A DNA stretch of 64,000 nt. It comes from Eledone cirrhosa (lineage: Eukaryota). The stretch covers positions 22,134,001-22,198,000 of the forward strand of contig OZ024747.1 in assembly GCA_964016885.1 (NCBI GenBank). Reading direction: 5' to 3'. The notes beneath the pieces were generated by a model. It had not been told where the DNA came from and did not search any database. It saw only the letters and a list, made by a program, of their open reading frames with translations. Made by a program: the position numbers and the translations under genes. This document shows, piece after piece, positions 23,917-36,602 of the stretch; position 1 is the stretch's first letter, and each line of letters starts with the position of its first letter.

Positions 23917-23978
23917 ACGAGAGAGATGCCGTACAGAAAAAGACTTTCACCAAATGGGTGAATAAACATTTACTTAAG
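23917..23978 (+). CDS. shot: Spectraplakin common exon: start of the CH1 actin-binding domain
   Basis: tttcag|AC GAG AGA GAT GCC GTA CAG AAA AAG ACT TTC ACC AAA TGG GTG AAT AAA CAT TTA CTT AAG|gtatgt = (D)[20 protein letters not shown]. It is 62 nt, phase 1-0, like exon 2 of plectin, DST and MACF1. Confidence 0.96.
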
Positions 23979-24364
23979 GTATGTAGAAGTGTCGTGTCGA
24001 GTCACCGTACTCTGATTGTGACGGTTACTCTGCTTAAACAACTGTCATTACTTTGTAGGTACTATAATTATTTCCATCATACTACTACCGAAACAACTTC
24101 GCCGAAAAAATCCTTTTAACGACTATAAACAACTTTATTTATTTATTAACGATGAATCTCGATTCTGTCTTTAATTTCTGAATGCTCACCTCTTTCACTT
24201 ATACATAACATACACGCGCGCACACACACAGAACATCTGTTATGTATGCATGGGCAGCCTTTTTTCGATAGAGCTCATCATTAGGCGGACCGCATTCAAG
24301 GTAATTTTCGATAGGCATAAAGTGAAATAGACCGCAGTAGACCCTTTAATATTTTCGGACACTT

Positions 24365-24418
<54 letters not shown>

Positions 24419-24780
24419 TTTCCCTCAACGAATATAAGGTCACTCACTAGTCCAAATAAATTACTGTATAATATACATAATTGTATATAGCATATATCTA
24501 TAATTATATATACATAATCATTTCACAACGAATCAGCTAAAGGTTTAGCACAGAGATCCAGATCTGTCCAAGAATAACCCATGAACAAAAATCCTAACTT
24601 GGAACTTCGTTTAGATAAATATGGAGAGTTCCAGAAAAGATATAGAAAAAGGCTGAAAATTCCAATGGAATGGGAATGGAACAGCTTAAGATGAATGAAT
24701 GTTCTTAAAATAGATCATTTTCTAAAATAATGACGAAATAGACAATTTTGTTTTCATAATTACATTGTCATCTTTCTCCA

Positions 24781-24866
<86 letters not shown>

Positions 24867-25433
24867 ATGTGTGCGTGTATGTATAAAACTTTCCTTGGCT
24901 CGTATTTTTCTCACCCTTCTCACTGCCGGCGCCCGCCCGTGTGTATATATGTGCGTAAATACATCTGATTTTTATTGGTTTCATTTTCAATTTCGTATAT
25001 CATATGAGGTCTTAGTGATGGTGTCTCTCTTTCTCTTTTCCCACCTATATCTTCTTGATTATACACTCTTATCTCGCTTACTTCCCAACCTCTTTCTCAC
25101 ACTGTCTCACCCTTCTCTTTATCTATTCGAAAACTAGAATGTCAAGCGAGGTTTAGTCACAATTTTATATATATATATATATATATATAAAATATTTTAT
25201 ATATATATATATATGTAGTCGTGGTTGTTTTCTGTGTGTGTGTGTATATATATATAGTGTACGTGTGTTGAAATCGATCCTTCACTGTTTCCGAGTGTTA
25301 CTTGGCTTTATGGCTCTCTCTGATCCGATAAATAGACAACTCTATCCAGACGACACTTGATTGATTTTATTTCAGCTTAACTCGCCTTATTATACTACTT
25401 AGCACAATTATGTTTTCTACGAACTGAACGAGA

Positions 25434-25670
25434 GCCTCTCCGTTCTCCTTTGACCTGCTGGAAATAGTAACCAAGTCCCCTTATATCATAAACTTACTGC
25501 CTTATAAAAGAGACACATTGGGTAATATAGTCCTGTATATATTATGTCTGCAGGGCTTCTCCGTGGTTCTTTGACCTGCTAGAAATAGTAACCCAGTCCC
25601 CTTATATCATAAACCTACTGCCTTATAAAAGAGACACATTGGGTAATATAGTCCTGTATATAGTATGGCT
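25434..25670 (+). repeat. 121-bp tandem duplication of a dispersed repeat
   Basis: aaatagtaac..agtccccttatatcataaac at 25462 and 25583. Confidence 0.8.
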
Positions 25671-26161
25671 GTAAAGAGATAGGATGGTCACAGCAATATA
25701 GTTTTGTAAAGTTGATCTGGGTCTATCATAACAGCAACAACTTGCGTTTTCCAATTTCTTTGACAAAACCGGTTTAATTCAATTAATTGAAATGTTTAAA
25801 CCAGATTTCTGTTTTCTTAAGTACCAGCTATAATAAACACTTGTTACCTTTTCAGTATTTCATCGTGTTATAATTAATATATTTTGCCCATATACCTTAT
25901 ATCGTTTTACGTACGTCACTTCATTTCACTTGATGATGACGTGTGTGTGTGTTAGGGAGAAAGAGGGATTTTCTTTTATGTAGTAAATATAGTTTTGTTT
26001 TTATCGCGTTACCGTCTGATGTGGCGAGGGTAGAGACATAAATCATACGAGATACACATGTTTGACAACAACTACCATAATAGAATATAATGAATATACA
26101 CGTGTGGTTTTTTCTTCTCATGTCTTTGCTCTTCTCATTCTTTATCTTTCTATTTCAACTT

Positions 26162-26220
26162 TTATTTCTCATTCTATTTTCTGATGAAGGACCAGTGTCC
26201 GAAACGTTAAAACTTTTCCG
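26162..26220 (+). ncRNA. Penelope-type minimal hammerhead motif in a dispersed repeat; related degenerate copies at 59733-59790 (-), 51369-51405 and 12301-12342
   Basis: tttt CTGATGA a ggac-cagt-gtcc GAAA cgt TA aaac. The 59733 copy reads tctt CTGATGA aggactagtgccc aAAA cgta aaga and shares the upstream tatttctcattc flank. Confidence 0.6.
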
Positions 26221-26986
26221 ATTATTTCAAGCTTTGAATTAATGTTTCTTCGTTGTAACTGTGTCGTTTGCCTTGTTATTCCTGTTTATATTTTACACAT
26301 ACACACACACACTCATATATATATACGTATATATATATATGAGAGAGAGAGATAGAACACTGGAAGGTAATATCTGTAGTTGTAGAGCACTCAGTCCATG
26401 GGACTGAAGATCTGCATAAAGTGAAACAATTGTTCTCAGTATGGTGAATTAACTGTTGTGTTACTACTTCTATATATATATAACACACACACACTTCATT
26501 TAACATTTCACAGATTTTAGGGTGTCAAATGTTATGTAAACTCAAATGGCTCCCCTGTCTTGGTTCATCTTATTGATTAGTCATTATTAGTAATATAGAC
26601 AATAAGTTGAGATGTATTATCTAAATATTCAATTATATATTGGTGTGACACTTCATACTTCTCGTTTGCAATGCGTAACCAAAATATCAAAAAGAAAAAC
26701 ATAAAGGGGAGGGGGGAGCTTTTTATTTTAAAATAAAAACATGATGCCTAGCAGCTGTTAAACTGAGTATTGCAGATAATCGATATTATTATCAGCATTT
26801 TGATACTAAAGATTCCAAATTGCCTGTCTTTGGTGACATAACATTTGGGCATTCAATTTTAAGAGAATATTTTTGGCTTTCTATAACATCTAGTGTTTTG
26901 GTTTTGTTTCTTTTTAATGATTTTAGAAAATTTTAAATGGTAGTTAATAATCCTTGCTTTGAAACAGTTGCTTTTATTATCATTAA

Positions 26987-27331
26987 CCCTTTAGCATTTA
27001 AACCGGCCATATCTGGCTAGAATGTTCTTTCTGTTCAGACCAGCCATAACCAGCCACTCATGCTGATGTTAAAGTATTGTTCTCAAAATAAATAATTTCA
27101 AAATCTCATAGATTTGATATTATGTGAGGTAAAGCCTTTACCATGAAAATACAATAGTATATATAGAGTAATGTAAATGTTATGTGAGATATTATGTGAG
27201 ATAAAGCCTTTACCATGAAAATACAATAGTATATATAGAGTAATGTAAATGTTATGTGAGATATTATGTGAGGTAAAGCCTTTACCATGAAAATACAATA
27301 GTATATATAGAGTAATGTAAATGCGAAAGGG
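26987..27331. mobile_element. TTAA-flanked (piggyBac-like) MITE with an internal 72-bp triplication; unexpanded copy at 33515-33722
   Basis: TTAA|ccctttagcattta ... taaatgcgaaaggg|TTAA; aaagcctttaccatg at 27131, 27203, 27275. Confidence 0.8.
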
Positions 27332-27774
27332 TTAAAAGGAGGCAAATGCTGCAGTGAGTGTTGTCTTCATAACTCTACTACACAGTTGTACCTCTATGTC
27401 TCTATAATAAAAGGAAGGAATTGTCTTTATTTGTTTGTGTGTGCCAATGAGAAAACTGGCTTTCCTTATTCTCTCAGGTGGGATAACCCTCTTCTTGTTC
27501 ACCATCATCATTACTGTTTAAGGTCTATTTTCCATACTTGCATGGGTTTGACAAGTTGTTACTTTCTGAAGCTAGACTAGTCAGGTAATCATATCTTACT
27601 TATATGTTCCATTTTGGGCTTGATTCCCTTCTTAACACCAACAATACTACATCATATACTGGGAGCATGGTTAGATGCCCTTCCTACCACCAACCATTTT
27701 ACAGTGTGTACTGGGAAAATGTTATCATGACTCTAGCTCTATAAAATGTGTGTTTGAGGGAAGTAAATCTCTAA

Positions 27775-28110
27775 TTTAGGATGCTATGTACTATAACACG
27801 TTCTCCATCTCCAACCTTGTTGCTTTGACCACAAGCCTGGGCACTGCTGACCATAATGCAGAGGAGAGAAAGGTAGCCAAATGCCAGGACATGATTGACC
27901 ACTTCTTTCTGTCATTGACTGTCAAGACCTCTGGTGTCCTCAGACCCTGAACTGCCATTTTTCTCTGCAAAATTGGGTGGAGTGCATTCTACCTGAGGAA
28001 GAAGCCTTTTGAGGTGAAGTGGGTGGTGCTGGTTCTTCTTGTCAGTGCCATCACAAGTTTGTCTGCTGGACCCAGACTGAGATGTAGAGTCTGTCACCTC
28101 TCCTCCTTAC
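27775..28110 (+). mobile_element. Older degraded copy of the CRE-like LINE 3' end
   Basis: DAMYYNTFSISNLVALTTSLGTADHNAEERKVAKCQDMIDHFFLSLTVKTSGVLRP*TAIF aligns by eye with 9890-10190, and the downstream cagactg.g.t.tag tail is shared. Confidence 0.6.
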
Positions 28111-30583
28111 TTTTACCATTTAATTTTTTTCTCATTTTCTTTTTTTATTGCAAACATTATATAATTTAATTGAAATTTCTTGAATAAATATTTGGTAGTT
28201 TCAATTTACTTGTCAGTATATAATTCCACATTATGATTGAATCTACAGCTAAAGACACTTATTATTTCCTTCTTTCGGTAGTTAGTCAGTTATTGTATAA
28301 CCTCACCCCACTCTCCGCTCTCTATTCTGTTCTCATACAGTTTTGTTGCTTAAACTGTTTCACTCAGTTTATTGGCTGTTTGTCTGTCTGGTCACATTTG
28401 CGCATATGAATTATGATCATTGGGTGAAGATGTGCCAAGATTTCCAAGTAGATGGAAGCAGGCCTGGAATAGACCTGTCCAGCCTGTGCAAGCATGGCAA
28501 AACAGATATTAAAGCAGTATGATGATGATTTGGTGCATAGCTACATTTAACTTTGATGTCTAAACTGATTAAACCAGTATTATGCAGCTGTCTGACATAC
28601 CTACAAATAATAGCCAAATCTCCCTCAATTCTTATGTTTTGGGTTGCATTAAACATATATCTTAAAAACGGAAGGACACATTTAGATAATATAGTCCAAG
28701 ATATGCTGTTAGAATAAAGTCTGGTAGGTCACGATTGGAAAGCCTTTGATCCTATGTCTGTACAATCAGGATTGACTTGGAGGGCTAAACAACAGCATAG
28801 TAGTTTCACAAGCAAAGAGACAGCCTCTGTGCAGTCACTGCATTAAAAAGGAAGGTCACAACAGATGATGTCATCATCATCACCAGTTGATGTCTACTTT
28901 CCATACTTGCATGGGTAAGATGGAGTGTCACATCTTACTTGCACAGTCTGCTTTTAGTTTGGTTTCTATGGCGGTTGCCCTTTTATTATGACTTCAGCAC
29001 TATCACCTTACAAGGTAGACTGGGTGCTTTTTATTGTGGCACCAGCTCTACCACCTTACAGGGTGGACTGGGTGCTTTTTATCATGGCACCAACCCTACC
29101 ACTTTTTAGGGTAGGCTGGGTATTTTGTTGTGGCACCAACACGAATATATGTGTCTGTGTGTGTGTGTATACATTTAGTTGGTTGAAAGCTTTACAATAT
29201 CCAAAGTTTTATGTCATTTGTGCCTTACCATTTTGATATCAAATCATACCAATGTTAACTTGTAATTATTGAACAAAGTATGAGTGATAACATTTAGAGG
29301 ATTAAAATACTAAATTTGAGTCAATAAATTAACTATATCTCCTCTTTCTTAACCATTTATAGATGAAACCTGCTGAGTAGTCTACATTGTAGAAACCTCA
29401 GCCATTTTTATAAAATTCTGTAAAAGGAAATGTTATATGAAATATTGTAAAAAATAAAAAAAAAAAAATAATAGAATTGTAATTGCCTAAAACCATAACA
29501 TATATTCTTCAATTTCGTCTTTCTATTACAAAAATAGCAGGCTGATAGATTGATCTAATCATCTGCTAAGAGTTAAAAATGGAACATTATGTCTGCCTAG
29601 GCAAGAAGAATAATTTCCCTGAATCATTTAAAAAAATATATAGATATTTTTCTTATCAGCTTAAACAATAGTCTCTTCCTCAATCAAACCGTTGCTATTC
29701 TTTCATGAACTAATGTTCTTTGATGCTCTCTCTCCGTTATTTTATCATTTCATGTTTGATATTCAAACACAATACAAAAACATGAATATAAAAGAATCGG
29801 ATATTTATAAAATCTATAATCTTTATATAATAATAGGAAATCAATCATTAACATAATGGGATGATTTCCAAGTCTTGTAAGGGTGAATAGTTTTCTGTTT
29901 CTCTGGAGTTGACTATTACTTTTGTTTTTATTTCACATTTTCTTTGCTTTCCTGTTTTTTACAAGGATATGTGATGTAATAGAGATAAACTCATAATGTC
30001 CTATACCACATGAAACTACATTAACAAGGCAGTCTTGAAAAATAGAAAATAACTCTATGATTGCCTTACATTAAACATTAAAATCTTTATTAAAAAACTA
30101 CAAAATTTCACGATGATCTGTTCACTAGTAAAAATACTATTAATAAATATAAATTAACAAACCTGCTTTTATATTCCTTGCTAAATTATTACAAGATGTT
30201 CAGAGTCAACCTGTTTATTTTTGTTCAGTCTGTTTAAGCAGTCCATTGCTATTTAAACTGGATTGGATGCATGTAGTTTAGCAACTGGTCATTTCTTAGC
30301 CAGCAGATGTTCCATTCATATCTATCCTATCTTTCAGCCAGTATATTTCTGACTATGCTATCAAATGTGTTGAGCTTTCACTACATGATAGTAAAAGACT
30401 TTTCAGTTATATAGTTGTATATTGCTTCTGTTGTTTACAACAGTGACTGTGTCTCCCCAGTGTTGCCTATTTTCATTTAGTCTAGCCTTTCCATTGAAAA
30501 ATAAATGTCTTTGCCATTCCCACACCACAGCACCTGTGATGGAATGGGAACTACTTATCCTTCTGACAGTATTTCAGTACTCT

Positions 30584-30807
30584 TAACCCTTTCATTACTA
30601 TATTTCTAATGAAATATACTGTATTTCAATTAATTAATGAAGAATTTTGAGGGATTTACTAAAATTATAAATTATTTCATTGTTAAATACTTTTTATATA
30701 AAATTATGTTGGAAGATTTTGATATATATAGGAACCCTTTATAATGGTTGGTTTTGTTTCACAGAACCAGAGCCAGTTTTGGCTGGATTAGTAACAAAAA
30801 GGTTTAA
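30584..30807. mobile_element. Second TTAA MITE family (TTAACCCTTTCATT...); related copies at ~33283-33514, ~43623-43945 and ~49690-50112
   Basis: Shared body (taattaatgaagaatttt...ggaaccctt...) and ttaaccctttcat / aaagggttaa-like ends. Confidence 0.6.
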
Positions 30808-33800
30808 TGTTCAGATGCAATCCTCTATGATAATATAATCATCAACAATTTCCTTTAGTTTATTATTGCATTATTATCTATGTGAGAGTCTATATATGTG
30901 TTGTGTAAGTGATGTATAGAACTTGAAAATTCATCATTATCATATTGACCCAAAACATGTTAAAAATTTGAAATTTTGCCCATTTTCATCCAAGTTAGAA
31001 ACTAAAATTTCTTTAGAACCACTCACTTTCTTTCTTCCACCAAAACATACTGATATAGATTATTTGAGAGATTCTGCATCTGTTAAATTCTCCCACTTTT
31101 TTAATGAGTAAAAATTCAGTTATAGTGTCATGGTCCAAACACAGAAAATAACTAATAAGTCGGTCACAATAAATAATAGTTGAGAAAATTGGGTAAATTA
31201 CTTTTAGAGATGAAGAAAAGTGGACAATTTTCTCAACTATTACATATTGCAATTGACTGCTATTGTAGTTATTTTCTGCATTTGGAACATTCTAAGTGCT
31301 TCAATAATTCATAAGGTTTATTTTCCAATGATACATGTTTGTGCATGTGTGTGTCCGTTCGTCTGTCCCTCCATCCATCTTGATAGTTAGAAATTCAAAT
31401 TCTACCACAGACTTTTCATAGCTCCAAAATTTTACTCCTGTCTTTGGATAGCTAACCTTATATAAAATCATAAATTCATTCTACACTTAAAGAACTCTTG
31501 CTGCCAACAAACTTACCATTTATCCTATCATGCTTATTTAATCTTGAGTTTTTATGTTTTGTTATATAGGGATTGCCTACTAAAGCTTACGAATGCTCTC
31601 TTATATTCTATATTTCTGAGATTACTTATTACAACAGTCACTGGCAATACTGAGTGTTCAGAAAACTATATAGTAAAGAGGAAAACCTGTTTCCTATATG
31701 CCAAGAGGCTTTTAAGAACCCGTACTTACACTTGACTCCATGGGAGTAGTGGTATGAATGGGAAATCTCGAAATACCACTTGTTGACAGACCCATGTCAT
31801 CCCTGATCCTGCAGCTGTAATTATTTTGTATTTACAGGCATAATGTATCTAAGGCTACATTATCCAATATGTTCTTTTTTCAAGATTGTAGTATATGATT
31901 GGTGTGAACTGCCAGTAAAGCTACTGCATATAGGTTTTCTTATTGGCTGGTAGACTATCAGTAAATGAATGTTAGTATTGATCTTTAGAGAGTTGGAATA
32001 AACCAGTAAATGGGTGTGGTTGATTGAACAAATACTAGTTTGTTACTAGTACTTATTTTAGCTATTCTTGGAATGTTGAAAGGCAAAGTCTAATTTTAGT
32101 ATTATTGGAATTTGGAATTTAACAAAATACTGCTAAGTAAGGCATTTATATTACAGGTAACATCCCTTAATAATTATATAGCATATATTCTCAATAGTTT
32201 GAGGACCTGAAGCAATGGAAAATAAAATGTTTTACCCAGAAACTGAAACACTTGAAGCTGAGTAAACTAGGGGGTATTAGGGGGCAGTGATCACTAATCT
32301 GCAGACCTTTAAATTAACGGATGCAGCCCACTTGGAACATTTTGAATTCTAGAGAGTTCAGTGCCAATGATTAGATAATATTTGAAACATGTAGACAGAT
32401 TAAATTATCTTTTTCTTTATGGGCTTCCCATAACAATTATGTCTTTATAAATTGATGTCTGTGTGATTGCGCAATAGTATTTAAGCATGATTTCAAAAGA
32501 GCAGTTCTATAGCTATAGTCACTATACTGCTAGCATTGTGTGGTGTGAGTAGGAGGCTGATAGGTGATTGTTGTGAAGGAGATGTGAGATATGTGTTAGC
32601 TAAAGAGTGAAGTGGTTGGTGTGAGAGGTGGTGGAAGGAAGTGCTGGCAGTGTAGTATTAGTTCACTACTGACAACCAGAGACACAAACAATGAAAAAAG
32701 CTAGTGTGAGATGTGAAGAAAAGCACATTTATGATTATATTATATTATATTGTGGAAAATACAACTCATCCTGTCTCCATGTCAGAACACAGCTGATTTC
32801 TTCTAGTGAAGGAGAGAGAAAAAGAGAAAGAGATGTAAAGGAAGAATCAACCCCAGTACTGGACTAGTACTTTTCTTATCAACCTCAAAAGGATGAAAAG
32901 CAAAGTTGACCTCAGTGGGGTTTGAACTCAGAGCGCAGAGTGCCAGAACAAATATTGCAAAGCATTCTATCTGATGTTATAACAACTTTGCAATTCACCG
33001 TCTGTCCTGTATATATCTTGTTATATATCTAGCACAGCCCGAATCAAACATATTATAGCTGTGACTATCCCATCTTTTTTTGTCAATGTACATATTTTAT
33101 CTAGTGTGTTTGTGTCTTAGGGGGAAATTTGGGTGCTATTTTTTTAAGTACATATTATATATATTGGGTTGGTGTTGGCAACTGAATCTTATATCAAATT
33201 CATGTTCAAATGAAACAATTTGATTCAGATTTATATTTTATTATGAACACTTTAGTACATGGTGGTCTCTGACAGGTTACTGTTAACCCTTTCATTTCCA
33301 CATTACTAATAAAATGCCGTGTATTTGAATTGATTAATGAAGAATTTGAAAGGGTTTATTAAAATTATTTCATTAACAAGATGGTATTTCCAACATAACA
33401 CATGGTTCTTATATAAAATTATATTGGAAGGTTTTTAATTTACTTAGGAACCCTTTGAAATAGATGGTTTTTTTTCCATAGGACCAGTGGTGGTTTTCGG
33501 CAGGTTGGTATTAACCCATTAGCATTTAAACTGGCCATATCCGGCCAGAATTCTCTCACCTCTTTCTGGTCAAACTGGCTGTAACTGGCAACTCATACTG
33601 ATGTTAAGATATCGTTCCCAACATTAATAATATCAAAATCTCATAGATTTGATATTATGTGAGGTGAAGCCTTTACCATGAATATATAATAGTAAATATA
33701 GAGTAATGTAAATGCTAAAGGGTTAAAATGGTGGAGGTTGGATGACTTGTTGAATTTAATGTTGTGTTGAAATCCTGTCACAAGCAGTGAATTCAGTTTG

Positions 33801-34863
33801 TCTTTACCTTAGCCTAACACTTCCTACTCTGTTGTTGAAGTGATAGCAATACAAAGAGATTCCTTGTTGTAATGTGTTTGCTTCAAATATTTGTATATGT
33901 GTTTGGGAATTTGAGGAGAATAGACAGAGCCAACAGTCTTTTTAGGTAATTCTAGACAAAGATAGAGAGAAATGATTAGTAGTGCATCTTAATTGGTAGA
34001 GCATAGCGCAAAATGCCTTGTAGTATTTAGTTATATCCTCTGTTTCTAAGGTCAACTTTGCTTTTCATCCTTATGATATTGATAAAATAAATACCAGCCA
34101 AGTATTACTGGGATTGATACAATTAACTAGATTAGTGTTTCTCATGGGAGATGGGTGGAAGGCTGTGAGTAAATTGTCATGTTTATAAAAATTAAGATTC
34201 TTTTTTGTAGCCACAATTCATCATCACTGTTTTACACCAGTTTTCTATGCTTGCATAGCTTAGACAGTTTGTCTTGTTCTAACACTAGACAAGTCAAATG
34301 ACCACATGTTACTCATACATTCCATTTTGGTATGGTTTCTACAGCTGAATGCCCTTCCTAAAGCAGTGTGTACTGGGTACATTTTATCATGGCACCTGCA
34401 ATTTCTATAATAATACTATTTTGTCTTTTCATTAGTTAAAGAGAATAGGGGTTAACTAATATTAGAGGGTGAGGGTGTCAAGTTTGAAAAACACTGGATT
34501 AGCTCTTTTACCTTCTAAACTTATGGCCTGATACCTCTGTTTGAAATAAATGCTATTGGTTTGTGTTGCAGGAATGTTGCTGAGTGCTGTAATATATAAA
34601 TACTAATCATTGTGGACAGAGGCCATCATTAGTCTGACAATTTTAGTGACTAGCCTTTCAGTAATATTCTGTTTAGATACTTGTATGTTGTTTAGAATTG
34701 GTAGAGCATTGGATAAATTGTATTTAGTTACACATTTCTACATTCTGAGTTCAAATCCTGCCAAGGTCAATTTTGCCCTTCATCCTTCTGGGAGTCAGTT
34801 TGACTTTCCTCTCCCAAATTGCTGGCCTGGTGCCTGAATTGGAAATCATTATTTAGTCCCCTG

Positions 34864-35048
34864 GTGGATTGGCAGTATTGGTAGAGAGTCGGATGCCATG
34901 CTTTGCAGCAAAGAATTACGGCCCTTTATGATCTGAGTTCAAATCCTGCCGAGGTTAACTTTGCCTTTCATCCTTACGGGGGGTCGATGAAATAAAGTAC
35001 CAGTAATGCACTGGGATAATTCCTGGCCTTGTGCCAAAAGTAGAAACA
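34864..35048 (+). mobile_element. Abundant SINE (short-tail subfamily) inserted at the tail of an older SINE
   Basis: TSD attatttagtcccctg on both sides. Confidence 0.85.
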
Positions 35049-35239
35049 ATTATTTAGTCCCCTGTCAGTTCTGTTCAAGCAGACTTATAAAGATAAAACA
35101 TTTCAACAATGACCATCCCATATTTATATTTAGGCATGGTGTGTCTACTCATAATTACAATATGTAATAGGCATTTTTATTGTCCAATTCTGCAAAGAAA
35201 TGTAGGGATATTGTTGAGTCCAAGCTAGTTGATAAACAG

Positions 35240-35850
35240 TGTATCAAATATTCACATTGGTCTGACGCACGTCTTCAAGAATTTGTGGGTGTGTTGCCAA
35301 GAGGTGTATGCTTGTTTCATAAACCTCAAAAAGGCCTGTGATCACATTCCACAGGACTTGTAGAAGGTTCTGCAGGAGTATAGGATTCGTGGGCAGCTTC
35401 TTGTTGCTCTGAAGTCCCCATATGAATGCCCTAGTATTTGTGTTCAGATAAATTAAGTCAAAACCATCTGATGTGTGTGTATCAGACTCCACCAAGAGTG
35501 TGTACTGTCACCTCATCTGTTCATAATCTTCATGAACTAGATTGACATGTGCAGCCAGGCTGGAAGTGGTATCAAAACCGGTGGATATAGGATCAAGTTG
35601 GTTGGAATTTGCAGATGACATGGTACTACTAATATGGTTGGATAGGTTTACTATTGAATGCTGCACAGCAAGAATCAGTGCTGCAAAGACTGCGACACTT
35701 CTCTCAAAGTAGCTTATGCAGTGCATTATTCATGTGAGTGGAGTTCCACTGAAGCAGGTGGAGAAGTTCAAGTATCTTGAAACTATTTTCACAAATGATG
35801 GAAGGCAGGAGGCTGAATTAAATGTAAGAATTGCTGGTGCAGTAATGTGT
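35240..35850 (+). mobile_element. Degraded RTE-clade reverse transcriptase fragment
   Basis: Interrupted motifs QIFTL, VLSPHLFIIFMN, FADDMVL and VPLKQVEKFKYLETIFTNDGRQEAELNVRIAGA. Confidence 0.8.
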
Positions 35851-36315
35851 AGTTTTGTTTCATAATGGGTATTTTGTCCCATAAAAACAGGCAGTTCTGG
35901 ACAGATTGGTATCAAAAGGGATAAGCAAATAAGAGGAATATTTCTCTCAGATAAGAGTCTAGTATATTGCAGATATCAATCCAAGATGTTCTGGTAATTA
36001 CAGCTAGGTAAAGTGAATCATGTAAAAGTGAAGTGTACTCAGTATCATAGTTACTAAGGGGCAGCTCCTTGATATGTATTATGTTATTTGGGAGAGGTTG
36101 TTATTTTCAAACTCAAGGACCTCTCCAAGTGGCACAGACTCTATCTATGGCACTGAGTGTTTTCTTTTAAGGCTTGACAAAACGCATACAGTAGGTATGT
36201 ATTCACATTCCATGAAGTTTGTAACTCAATACCCAATATTCAGCCATTTTACCTCTAATACCTTTCTACACAGGCTGCCATGTCTTTCACATCATAGATG
36301 ACATGCATATATATC

Positions 36316-36371
<56 letters not shown>

Positions 36372-36602
36372 AAGTGTCCCAAAAAGTGTATACACACATT
36401 TATTAGAATGCCGTTGAAGTGTGTACTCTCATATATACATTTATATATATATACATGTATATATTAGAGAACATTATGACATGATTAAAGTAACCTAGTA
36501 ACCTGTTCTGTTAGGTTTTATTACCTCAATTGTAAACATTACTAGCATGAAGTGAACTAGTTCCCATAACACCAACATAACAGTAACATATTATAGTATA
36601 TT

